IMG/VR virus record: IMGVR_UViG_3300021431_000102
Coordinates: 1-64,000 of that record
DNA length: 64,000 bases
Strand: one strand, 5' to 3'
From: a virus
Taxonomy: Duplodnaviria > Caudoviricetes
A program made the translations under genes and the position numbers. Below the pieces are notes generated by a model that was not told where the DNA came from, made no database searches, and worked only from the letters and a program-made list of their open reading frames with translations. Below are positions 27,242-35,133 of this stretch, one piece after another; position 1 is the first letter of the stretch, and every line of letters begins with the position of its first letter.

Positions 27242-27420
27242 GAAGACTAAAATAAGCTGTCTTCACACACAGGAATAACACTGTTGTCTGCCAGTGCCTG
27301 CGATTAGTAGCAAAGCCTTACGTACAGTACGAACTGGTAACAGGCGGTTTGATGCCACCTGCCCAGCGTTGGCTAAAAGCTGTACACCCGTTTGGCAGAG
27401 TTCGAGAATAACTGCCGAAC
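27242..27420 (+). ncRNA. additional hairpin-rich RNA segment between the giant RNA and tRNA-Met
   Basis: Consecutive stems GAAGAC/GTCTTC, CAGG..CACTG/CAGTG..CCTG, CAGG/CCTG, CAGC/GCTG, GTTTGGCAG/CTGCCGAAC. Confidence 0.55.
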
Positions 27421-27424
27421 ATAT

Positions 27425-27503
27425 TGCGGGCGAGTGGCACGGATATACCATATTAGGCTCATAACCTAATGATACTAGGTTCGACTCCTAGGCACCGCAA
27501 CCA
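27425..27503 (+). tRNA. tRNA-Met(CAT), initiator-like but atypical
   Basis: TTAGG-CTCATAA-CCTAA anticodon arm, CTAGG-TTCGACT-CCTAG T arm, ends CCGCAACCA. Confidence 0.85.
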
Positions 27504-27506
27504 TAT

Positions 27507-27582
27507 TAGACTGTAGCCAAGTGGTAAGGCACCAGACTTTGACTCTGGCACTTCGCTGGTTCAAATCCAGCCAGTCTAGCCA
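27507..27582 (+). tRNA. tRNA-Gln(TTG)
   Basis: Clean cloverleaf: TAGACTG/CAGTCTA, CCAGA-CTTTGAC-TCTGG, encoded CCA. Confidence 0.95.
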
Positions 27583-27584
27583 AT

Positions 27585-27658
27585 GGGGGATTAGTTCAAA
27601 GGCAGAACAATCGGCTGTTAACCGATATATAGAAGTTCAATTCTTCTATCCCCCGCCA
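27585..27658 (+). tRNA. tRNA-Asn(GTT)
   Basis: GGGGGAT/ATCCCCC, ATCGG-CTGTTAA-CCGAT, encoded CCA. Confidence 0.95.
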
Positions 27659-27684
27659 ATAGAAAAACAGAAAGGAGGGCAACA

Positions 27685-28053
27685 ATGGATTTTAATGAAT
27701 GGCTATTGGAAGATAGATTACATGTAATTGATATTACAATTATAAAAGACCATCACAATTTTATAATTAATGTTCTTAAACCAGAAAAGAATAAAATAAA
27801 AGAAAATCAAATATCTTTTATTAGAAATTTTGTTCTCCTTGATTTATTTAAAAAAGTTACAGATAAATATAATGGAGGCACAATAAACGACGAAGAGTCA
27901 CCTATTATAATTAGCCCTGAAAAAGGTAAAGATGAAAATGATGGCTGTGCAGAATATGATAATAATCATGTATTAATTAAGTTTTCTCCATTAAAAGTAT
28001 GTAGTGATGAATGGTGCTTATGGTATTATAAAAAATTTATTGAAAGGACTTGA
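27685..28053 (+). CDS. hypothetical protein
   Basis: AAAGGAGG SD. Confidence 0.7.
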   Translation: MDFNEWLLEDRLHVIDITIIKDHHNFIINVLKPEKNKIKENQISFIRNFVLLDLFKKVTDKYNGGTINDEESPIIISPEKGKDENDGCAEYDNNHVLIKFSPLKVCSDEWCLWYYKKFIERT

Positions 28054-28054
28054 C

Positions 28055-28201
28055 ATGGGAAGAAAAAAGAAGTATAATATACTTGAAGATGCAGAAATGG
28101 TATCTTTATTAAAGGAGTATAGTTCGTTAAGAGATTGGTGGCAAGTAAGGAAAGAAAAGTTAAGCAAGAAAAAGAAAGGAGCACCAAATGATTCACATTG
28201 A
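28055..28201 (+). CDS. small basic hypothetical protein
   Basis: AAAGGA SD before ATG 28055. Confidence 0.55.
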   Translation: MGRKKKYNILEDAEMVSLLKEYSSLRDWWQVRKEKLSKKKKGAPNDSH

Positions 28202-28481
28202 AAAAGATTGGTATATTGAACCCGACAAATATTGTTACGTTTTAGGTAGATATTTAGGGAAAAGAATGGACAAAAACAACAAAGAAGTAGATGTATGGTC
28301 TGACCAAAAATACTATGCAACATTAAAAAAGGCTTTAGCTGGATATTTTAAAATTAAAACTAAAGAACTTTTGTCCCAAAAAGACTATGAAATTTGGGGC
28401 GCTGTAAAAATGTTAGAAAAAGAAATGAATACTTTAGAAGAAAAATTAAATAATATTTTAAAAGAAGAAACAGAGGAGTAA
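28188..28481 (+). CDS. hypothetical protein
   Basis: AAAGGAG SD. Confidence 0.7.
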   Translation: MIHIEKDWYIEPDKYCYVLGRYLGKRMDKNNKEVDVWSDQKYYATLKKALAGYFKIKTKELLSQKDYEIWGAVKMLEKEMNTLEEKLNNILKEETEE

Positions 28482-28485
28482 TATT

Positions 28486-28683
28486 ATGGCAGTAAAGAAA
28501 GAAAGTGGATGTGTAGATTGTGGTTTACCTTGTAGAGGTAGGTATTGTCCTTATTATGAAGAAGTTACATTTATTTGTGATGAATGCGGAGAAGAAGTTG
28601 ATACTTTATATTGGTTTGAAGGTAGACAATTATGCTCTAATTGTGTTTTAAATGAATTGCAAGAAGTAACAGAGGATGATTAG
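28486..28683 (+). CDS. Cys-rich zinc-binding phage protein
   Basis: CVDC, CPY, CDEC, CSNC. Confidence 0.7.
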   Translation: MAVKKESGCVDCGLPCRGRYCPYYEEVTFICDECGEEVDTLYWFEGRQLCSNCVLNELQEVTEDD

Positions 28684-28691
28684 GAGGCGTT

Positions 28692-28838
28692 ATGAAATTA
28701 ATAATATTCTTAATAGGTTTCTTATGCGGAGCAGTAACACTAATAGTCTGGACTTGCTTGGTAGCAGGTGCAGAAGCAGACGAGAGAGATAGGCAGATGT
28801 TTGAAAAGTACCTCAAGGAGAAAGAAAATGGCGATTAA
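28692..28838 (+). CDS. small membrane protein (48 aa)
   Basis: AGGAGG SD; hydrophobic N-terminus MKLIIFLIGFLCGAVTLIVW. Confidence 0.6.
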   Translation: MKLIIFLIGFLCGAVTLIVWTCLVAGAEADERDRQMFEKYLKEKENGD

Positions 28839-29009
28839 CATACCATATGATTATGACAGTAATGTATGCGTTCACCGATTACCATGCGGTATATGCAGAA
28901 TACTCATGACACATATGGAGTACAGATAAAACCTCTAAACACAGGAACTTATGGTAGTGTAACATTCACCGACAGTACCAAAGTAAAGTTAGATAGGGAG
29001 AAAAAATGA
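28828..29009 (+). pseudogene. frameshifted small Cys-motif protein
   Basis: Starts MAIN..CVHRLPCGIC; first frame stops at 28929; another frame runs to the ATGA overlap at 29006-29009; total span 182 nt. Confidence 0.45.
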
Positions 29010-29224
29010 GCGATTATAACGTAGACAAAGCAATTTCAGCAATAGCATTTGGTGTTTCACTAAATTTCACACCTGAAGAAATGAAAGACTTAATAAATTT
29101 TATGTGTGATTATTCTCTTAGAGATTCAATCGACAGAATAATAATTAATAAAAAACATGTAGCAAAATATGATTATGTAAAAAAATGTTGGGAGAAAGAT
29201 AATGGACAAAAAACAAGTGATTGA
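29006..29224 (+). CDS. hypothetical protein, mini-gene array
   Basis: GGAG SD; ends CWEKDNG. Confidence 0.65.
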   Translation: MSDYNVDKAISAIAFGVSLNFTPEEMKDLINFMCDYSLRDSIDRIIINKKHVAKYDYVKKCWEKDNGQKTSD

Positions 29225-29489
29225 AACCTTAGAAATGGAAAACGATTTAATTTGTTTTAATCCTTTAACAGGTGAAGAAATACCACTTGAATATGTTAAT
29301 GACTTAAATAGGAAATGCTATGATGCACATCAAGAAGCAATAAGACTTATCAATAATTCAATTCCTATTGAGTGGATAATGTGGCACTGGAGAAGAAGTC
29401 AGCCTGACGACACTCAAGAAGATGCATGGATGAGATTAGGAGTACTGAAAATGTTAAGAGATTGGAAAAAAGAAAATGAAAGAGTTTAA
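29202..29489 (+). CDS. IPxEW/WxKEN family mini-gene
   Basis: IPIEWI...RDWKKENE. Confidence 0.7.
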   Translation: MDKKQVIETLEMENDLICFNPLTGEEIPLEYVNDLNRKCYDAHQEAIRLINNSIPIEWIMWHWRRSQPDDTQEDAWMRLGVLKMLRDWKKENERV

Positions 29490-29736
29490 TACTAGAGCAG
29501 CAGAAGGTAATTACTCCATCACTTTTGAAACAGACGATAGAAAAGCGTTTGAGCAAGTGCAGACATTATGTAGAATACTTATTGATGGTAAAGATAGTGA
29601 AGTAATTCCAGTTGAGTGGATTAAGGAGCAATTAAAAAAAGAAGAATATAGAACATTTCTTGTTGACTATATTGAGTGGGGCAATTGTTTACGTTGGTTA
29701 TTGGAAAAGTGGGAGGAAGAGAATGAGACCAATTGA
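29476..29736 (+). CDS. IPxEW/WxKEN family mini-gene
   Basis: IPVEWI...KWEEENE. Confidence 0.7.
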   Translation: MKEFNTRAAEGNYSITFETDDRKAFEQVQTLCRILIDGKDSEVIPVEWIKEQLKKEEYRTFLVDYIEWGNCLRWLLEKWEEENETN

Positions 29737-29974
29737 TGGTGACGCACTTATAAGAAAGATTATTAAAGATATAAAAGCATATCCTTATTGTGAACAAATA
29801 TTATTAGACATCTTAGATGCACCTACATTAGACCTTATTCCATATGAATGGTTAAAACAATGGATGCAAGATGAAGATTTAGGTGTAGTTGGGAGAGCAG
29901 TTATTGACCGCTTAGTTTATTCTTGGAAAGACAAAGATTGGGGAACGTGGAGAAAAGAAAATGAGGCTAATTGA
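29723..29974 (+). CDS. MRxID/IPxEW family mini-gene
   Basis: MRPIDGDAL..APT..IPYEWL..WRKENE; GGAGG SD before 29723. Confidence 0.7.
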   Translation: MRPIDGDALIRKIIKDIKAYPYCEQILLDILDAPTLDLIPYEWLKQWMQDEDLGVVGRAVIDRLVYSWKDKDWGTWRKENEAN

Positions 29975-30224
29975 TAAAGATGATTTGATACTTACTATTC
30001 TTACTAATGATTTATGTGATAATGATAATGTTGATAAAGCAATTCTTAATGCACCAATAGTAAAAGCCATCACAGTAGAGTGGATAGAAAAGTATTTAGA
30101 ACCTTATAAAGAACATTTCAATAAACTTAGTGATAAGTCCAAAGAGACATCGGGCGCAGGTTGGGTAATTGATGTGTTAGAATCTACGCTCAGGGATTGG
30201 GAGAAAGAAAATGACAGTAAATGA
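29961..30224 (+). CDS. MRLID/IxxEW family mini-gene
   Basis: MRLIDKD..API..ITVEWI..RDWEKEND. Confidence 0.7.
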   Translation: MRLIDKDDLILTILTNDLCDNDNVDKAILNAPIVKAITVEWIEKYLEPYKEHFNKLSDKSKETSGAGWVIDVLESTLRDWEKENDSK

Positions 30225-30420
30225 ACTTTATTCGGTATTTGATAAGAACTTTATGGAGGTTGAATATCGCACTGAAGATAATTATTTCATCTGTAGAACA
30301 AATTATTTTAACACTCGTAAACAGTTTGGCAATTATCAGATTAAAACAGTAATGGTTTCCATGAATGGTTATTTGATTATACTCTTAAAAGATTGGGAGA
30401 AAACAAATGAGATTGATTGA
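30211..30420 (+). CDS. mini-gene of the array
   Basis: Ends KDWEKTNE. Confidence 0.65.
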   Translation: MTVNELYSVFDKNFMEVEYRTEDNYFICRTNYFNTRKQFGNYQIKTVMVSMNGYLIILLKDWEKTNEID

Positions 30421-30646
30421 TGCTGATGTATTCAAAACAGAGTATGAAAATCTAATAACTTGGGTTTCTTATAGAACAGAAAAGGCAAGATTAAGAGAAT
30501 TTGTCGATGATATTCAGAGCCAGCCAACAGTTAATGCCATTCCTGTTGAGTGGATTAGACAGTGGTATAAATCACGTGAATATTTAACAGAAGGGAAAAC
30601 AGCAATTTGTAGAATGATTTGGGATTGGGATAAAGAAAATGAGTAA
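30407..30646 (+). CDS. MRLIDAD/IPVEW family mini-gene
   Basis: MRLIDAD..QPT..IPVEWI..WDWDKENE. Confidence 0.7.
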   Translation: MRLIDADVFKTEYENLITWVSYRTEKARLREFVDDIQSQPTVNAIPVEWIRQWYKSREYLTEGKTAICRMIWDWDKENE

Positions 30647-30824
30647 AAGGGAAAAGGCCTTATTGTTGTTGCTAGAATGGGCAGAAGAATGTGGGTTTGG
30701 ATATGACAATTTCCCAGAAGAGTACGAACAATATAAAGAAGAGATTGAAGGAATGGGGTACATCGAAGGAATGATTTATATCGCAGAACGTGAAATTGAA
30801 AGATTGGAGAAAGAAAATGGGTAA
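30639..30824 (+). CDS. acidic mini-gene
   Basis: Coupled ATGA start; ends LEKENG. Confidence 0.6.
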   Translation: MSKREKALLLLLEWAEECGFGYDNFPEEYEQYKEEIEGMGYIEGMIYIAEREIERLEKENG

Positions 30825-31047
30825 AGCAATATTAATAACTAATATGCCAGATAAATGTTGGGAGTGTAATTTCTGTACCGACGATAATTATGGTGCTTAT
30901 ATTTGTGTTGCTATGAATAAATATGTTGACATGTATTATAATAAAGGTAAACATCCTGAATGCCCATTGCTGCCATTACTAGAAGAACCAAAATATGATT
31001 TCATAGAGCCAAAATTATTTAAGGAGATAATGAATCATGGACAATAA
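30817..31047 (+). CDS. Cys-motif phage protein (MPDKCxxC..C..CPL)
   Basis: GGAG SD before ATG 30817. Confidence 0.65.
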   Translation: MGKAILITNMPDKCWECNFCTDDNYGAYICVAMNKYVDMYYNKGKHPECPLLPLLEEPKYDFIEPKLFKEIMNHGQ

Positions 31048-31561
31048 TCCTATTAAATATAAATTAGACTCTTCTCAGGCAATTCGGGAAGGATTACTTT
31101 TAAAAAATCTTATTAATTCATTAAAACTAGATGGTTGTTCTGAGTATGAAAAAATATATAAAATTAATAAATGGATTAGTAAAAACATAAAATATAAACA
31201 TGGTATAAAAAAATGGAGCATTTATCATACTGCATATAGCGCTTTATTAAATCATCAAGCAGTATGCACTGGATTTGCCTATTTAATGACATTGTTAATT
31301 AATAATACTGGTGGAGAATGTTATTGTGTTACAGGATATGTAAAGAAACAATATCATTCATGGTGTATTGTAAAGTTATATGATAAATATTATTATATTG
31401 ACCCTACCTATAACGCAAGAGCTGGATGGTTTAGTTGCTTCTTAGCAGGTAAAGAACATAATTCTATTTATAAAGTGGATGAAAAATATAAAGATATTGA
31501 TTCTAAAGTAGAAAAAATCAGTTATAATAAACTTAAAATAAAAGAAAAAATAGGGAGATAA
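31037..31561 (+). CDS. transglutaminase-like (Cys-His-Asp) domain protein
   Basis: AVCTGFA, HSWC, YYIDPT triad motifs. Confidence 0.8.
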   Translation: MDNNPIKYKLDSSQAIREGLLLKNLINSLKLDGCSEYEKIYKINKWISKNIKYKHGIKKWSIYHTAYSALLNHQAVCTGFAYLMTLLINNTGGECYCVTGYVKKQYHSWCIVKLYDKYYYIDPTYNARAGWFSCFLAGKEHNSIYKVDEKYKDIDSKVEKISYNKLKIKEKIGR

Positions 31562-31567
31562 AGCATA

Positions 31568-31825
31568 ATGACAAGTGAACAATTTATTCTAAAATGTAGA
31601 AATAATTTAGCAGAGATTATTACTGCTAAATATAATCCTTCCATCTCTTATTTAGCAGGGGATTTCCATCTTATTTGGTTTAATAAAACACTTAATAATT
31701 TTAAAGCATGTTTTTGCGATTTAAGGCCAAATGAAAGATATTATGAATGCACCTATGATGGAGATTCTAAAAAAATATACATAGATATTTATGAAAAAAC
31801 AGATAATAAAACAATAAATATTTAA
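31568..31825 (+). CDS. conserved phage protein (DUF6275-like)
   Basis: WFNKTLNNFKA..YYECTYDGDSKKIYIDIYEK. Confidence 0.7.
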   Translation: MTSEQFILKCRNNLAEIITAKYNPSISYLAGDFHLIWFNKTLNNFKACFCDLRPNERYYECTYDGDSKKIYIDIYEKTDNKTINI

Positions 31826-31835
31826 GGAGGAATAT

Positions 31836-32057
31836 ATGTTTTATCAAGGTAGTGAAACTATAATGTTTTTTAAAGATGACGAGAGTGATGTGAATCAATA
31901 TAAAAGCTTAAATTTAGAATTAATGAAATCTCAGGGCTGGAAGATTGAAGAAAATAAAAACTTTTATTTACTAAAAAGAATTCTCCACTTACAACAAAAC
32001 TTGCCTATTATAGATGCTGGATGTAAAGAAATAAATAAAGAAGAAAATGCAAAATAA
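31836..32057 (+). CDS. hypothetical protein
   Basis: AAGGAGG SD. Confidence 0.6.
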   Translation: MFYQGSETIMFFKDDESDVNQYKSLNLELMKSQGWKIEENKNFYLLKRILHLQQNLPIIDAGCKEINKEENAK

Positions 32058-32658
32058 AGGTAAATTATTTGAACAAGATTTTAAAAAATCCTTAGAAGAC
32101 TCTCCTAAAGATTTATGGGTACACAGACCAAGTGATTTTGGTGGTGGTCAATCCAGTAGATTTACTAATCATTCTTTATGTGACTTTGAAGTATTTGATA
32201 AAGAGAAAGGGGTTCTGTATTTCTTTGAATTAAAATCTAAACAGAACACTAGTTTTAGCTGCCCTCCTGCACAAGCCCATTACAGGCTCGTAGAGCAACA
32301 AAAGATAATAGATGAGTTACAAGTCAAGGAAGATAAGAAAGCTGCTCAGAAGACCTATAAAGAGCTTCTCAAGGCTGCTAATCAACATGATATAAAGTAT
32401 CATCAAATACAATCTCTTTTAAACATCCAAAGAAATAATTCTCATAATAATATGTCTGCATATTTTATTTTGAATTTCAGAAAATATAACAGAACATTTG
32501 CCATAACTCCTGAAGATTTATGTATTGCTTTATTAGAAACTAAAAAGTCTTCGATTAATTTGGAAGATGTACAAAAATATAGAGGCATAGAAATACCTCA
32601 AGAACAAATAGGCAGGTCACAAAAGTTTTTATATGATATAGAAGGAATAATAAAATGA
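32047..32658 (+). CDS. recU: RecU-like Holliday junction resolvase
   Basis: NKGKLFEQDF, CDF, FFELKS, IKYHQI, FILNFR. Confidence 0.75.
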   Translation: MQNKGKLFEQDFKKSLEDSPKDLWVHRPSDFGGGQSSRFTNHSLCDFEVFDKEKGVLYFFELKSKQNTSFSCPPAQAHYRLVEQQKIIDELQVKEDKKAAQKTYKELLKAANQHDIKYHQIQSLLNIQRNNSHNNMSAYFILNFRKYNRTFAITPEDLCIALLETKKSSINLEDVQKYRGIEIPQEQIGRSQKFLYDIEGIIK

Positions 32659-32855
32659 TTAATAAGAAGATAACTAAAAAATATAAAACTGTTGCTCAAT
32701 TAATTGCACATAATTATTCTGAAATTATAGGCATAGAAGGTGTAGATGATAAATATTATTTGCACTTACGTAATTCTATTTATGATTTTATTAATCCTAT
32801 GTCTACTTATAAAGAAGCAAAGATGATTAATGGTGCATTATGTATTAAGTTGTAA
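32655..32855 (+). CDS. hypothetical protein
   Basis: Coupled ORF, last plus-strand gene. Confidence 0.6.
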   Translation: MINKKITKKYKTVAQLIAHNYSEIIGIEGVDDKYYLHLRNSIYDFINPMSTYKEAKMINGALCIKL

Positions 32856-32894
32856 AAAAATAGGTTAGAGAATAAACTCTCTAACCTATTTTTT
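32854..32894. terminator. bidirectional intrinsic terminator between convergent genome arms
   Basis: A7-TAGGTTAGAGA-ataaac-TCTCTAACCTA-T6. Confidence 0.9.
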
Positions 32895-33435
32895 AACCTT
32901 TTAACGAGCTTTCTTTCCATCCAGTACTCGTTTTTACGTAAACTTTTTTGCCTTCCTTCCAACCACTAGAAGTTTTTACGTAAACTTTTCCTTTTTTCCA
33001 TCCTGAAGATATCTTAACAAAAGCTAATTCATTACGAGGAATTTGGTCTAAAGTAAACGATTTACTTCCAGTAGCATTAAAATAATCTTCTTGAGAATAA
33101 CCAACATTAACTTTAACTTCTATAGTAAATGTTTTTGTCCCATCATCATTATGACTAATTGTTCTAGTGCCACTAGCAACTTGAGTACCATTATACGCCT
33201 GAAACATACTGTCATAAGGATAAACTGCAGTATACGCATTTGAACCATCTATATTGACAACAACTTTTCTAAGACCTCTATGATTACCAGAAGGAGAAAC
33301 CGTAGAAACTAACCTCCATGATATAGTAGAAGTATTATTATCTGTGTTTTGAGTGGCTGTCCATGATAATGTTAGATATAGAGTAGTACTACTATATGTT
33401 ACTGAATTTGTAGTAAGGCTTCCACTTAATGCCAT
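32893..33435 (-). CDS. tail-tip/fibre accessory protein (DUF859-like) with YVK-GWK repeats
   Basis: LSWTATQN..NTSTI..HNDDGTK..TLDQIPR; three VKxSxGWK repeats. Confidence 0.65.
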   Translation of the reverse strand: MALSGSLTTNSVTYSSTTLYLTLSWTATQNTDNNTSTISWRLVSTVSPSGNHRGLRKVVVNIDGSNAYTAVYPYDSMFQAYNGTQVASGTRTISHNDDGTKTFTIEVKVNVGYSQEDYFNATGSKSFTLDQIPRNELAFVKISSGWKKGKVYVKTSSGWKEGKKVYVKTSTGWKESSLKG

Positions 33436-33450
33436 ATAAAGTCACCGACC

Positions 33451-34716
33451 TTAATATTGAATATAAATATCTCCAACCTTGCCTAAAGTAGAAGCTGGCG
33501 CATCAGAACCAGAACGTGCAATAGCATAAGTTGTTGATATAGTATTGCCATTACTATCTTTGGTTGCAGAAGTTGCAGAGGTTGCAGAAGTTGCAGTACT
33601 AGCATTACCGTTTAAGGTTGCAGTAATAGTGCCAGCACTAAAATTACCGTTGGCATCTCTTTGTACCAATGTATTTGCTGTATTAGCATTTGTTTTTGCT
33701 ATAGTTGTAATTGCATTACTTCCTGCTCCAACTAATACATTCCCAGAAGTAAAAGATGTTGCACCTGTGCCGCCTCTACCGACACTTAAAGTACCAGTAG
33801 TACTACCAATAGCAATAGAACCCCGTAAATCAGAAGCGTTCATCCATGTAGGGGCATTGCTTCCATTGCTTTTTAAAACTTGTCCACTAGTGCCGCCAGA
33901 TGTAGGAGCATAAAAACTTGCCGTGCCAGCTGCTTTAGAAGAATTATTTAAAGTAACCGCAGTACCACCAGCATAAGTAGAACATTCAGTTGCTGTACCA
34001 TTATTTAAATATATTGGTTTAGTTGCACTACCAAGAGTAGTAGAACCAAGCTTAGATGCTGTTGTAGCATTGGTAGCATTAGTTGCTGAGCCTACAGATA
34101 AATTACTCATTGTACATACTTGTGGTACACCATTAGCATTAAAATAAACTGGAGTTGAAGAATTACCTACAGCTGCAGAAAGATTTAATTTATCTGCTGA
34201 GCCTACATTCGCCTGAGCATACGCAGTACATGCAACTGGTGTTCCACTTGCTCCAAAGTATACAGGAGTAGTTGAATTCCCTTCATTAGAAGTACTCAGT
34301 CTTGAAGCTGTAGTAGCATTAACAGCATTGGTTGCATTTGGCACAACAGTTGTCCCACTGTCAAGACTTGAGATATAACTTTGAGCAGCTTGTAAAGCAG
34401 CGATTACATCATTATAATTATCTGCAGTAAGAATAAAACTATTACCAGAAGCCCGATTATTACCATATTGATAAATTAATAAATTATATAATCCTGTTTC
34501 ACCTTTATCCTGAACATTAGGGACAGATGCCCATGTACTATCTGCGGTATTATATTCTAAATCACTAGTATTACTTGTCCAAGATATATTTCCTGAATTG
34601 CTTCTGTCTGTCTTTAAAGCAAGTTCCATTATTTTTTGAATTTCACCAGAATAGTTATTATAAGTTGTACCTACTGGAGTACTTAATGGGACATTTGTTT
34701 TATTGAATAATGCCAC
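33451..34716 (-). CDS. tail fibre protein
   Basis: ATNATxAxKL and TPVYF repeats, GTLSVGRGGTGAT, C-terminal GKVGDIYIQY. Confidence 0.7.
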   Translation of the reverse strand: MALFNKTNVPLSTPVGTTYNNYSGEIQKIMELALKTDRSNSGNISWTSNTSDLEYNTADSTWASVPNVQDKGETGLYNLLIYQYGNNRASGNSFILTADNYNDVIAALQAAQSYISSLDSGTTVVPNATNAVNATTASRLSTSNEGNSTTPVYFGASGTPVACTAYAQANVGSADKLNLSAAVGNSSTPVYFNANGVPQVCTMSNLSVGSATNATNATTASKLGSTTLGSATKPIYLNNGTATECSTYAGGTAVTLNNSSKAAGTASFYAPTSGGTSGQVLKSNGSNAPTWMNASDLRGSIAIGSTTGTLSVGRGGTGATSFTSGNVLVGAGSNAITTIAKTNANTANTLVQRDANGNFSAGTITATLNGNASTATSATSATSATKDSNGNTISTTYAIARSGSDAPASTLGKVGDIYIQY

Positions 34717-34749
34717 AAAGCATCACTCCTTTCTTTTATGAAACATAAT

Positions 34750-35058
34750 CTAATTATGTCTACTGTATTCATTATATGCATCTAGGCAACGTTTCATATT
34801 GCCTGTATTATTGTCTGTTGCCATGTGGTCTAACATCTGATAAATCATATCACCGTGATTTGTTACTTCTTTCTGAATGCTGCGAAAATCATCTCTTAGA
34901 CCATCTATCTCTTTCTTATTATCTTCGTTTTGCTTTTTTATTTCTTTTAATGATTTATCAATTTCATTAAAAGGTTTTTTAATAACATTATAAAAAGATA
35001 TTGCTGCGGTGATAGCACTTATCAACCACAGCAAATCCTTTACGGTTAAATTATCCAT
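34750..35058 (-). CDS. small membrane/coiled-coil protein (holin/XhlA-like)
   Basis: N-terminal TM segment then coiled coil. Confidence 0.5.
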   Translation of the reverse strand: MDNLTVKDLLWLISAITAAISFYNVIKKPFNEIDKSLKEIKKQNEDNKKEIDGLRDDFRSIQKEVTNHGDMIYQMLDHMATDNNTGNMKRCLDAYNEYSRHN

Positions 35059-35133
35059 AATAAAATACTCCTTTCTTGCTTTAGTTAATTAAAAATAACT
35101 TATACAAGAATTTAAAATAAATTTTAACCTATA

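Noticed and set aside
25700-27420. Group II intron, retron or DGR
   Set aside because: No reverse transcriptase (YxDD) ORF in the window and no domain V hairpin.
27263-27727. ORFs 27263-27451 and 27521-27727
   Set aside because: They overlap structured RNA and tRNA genes.
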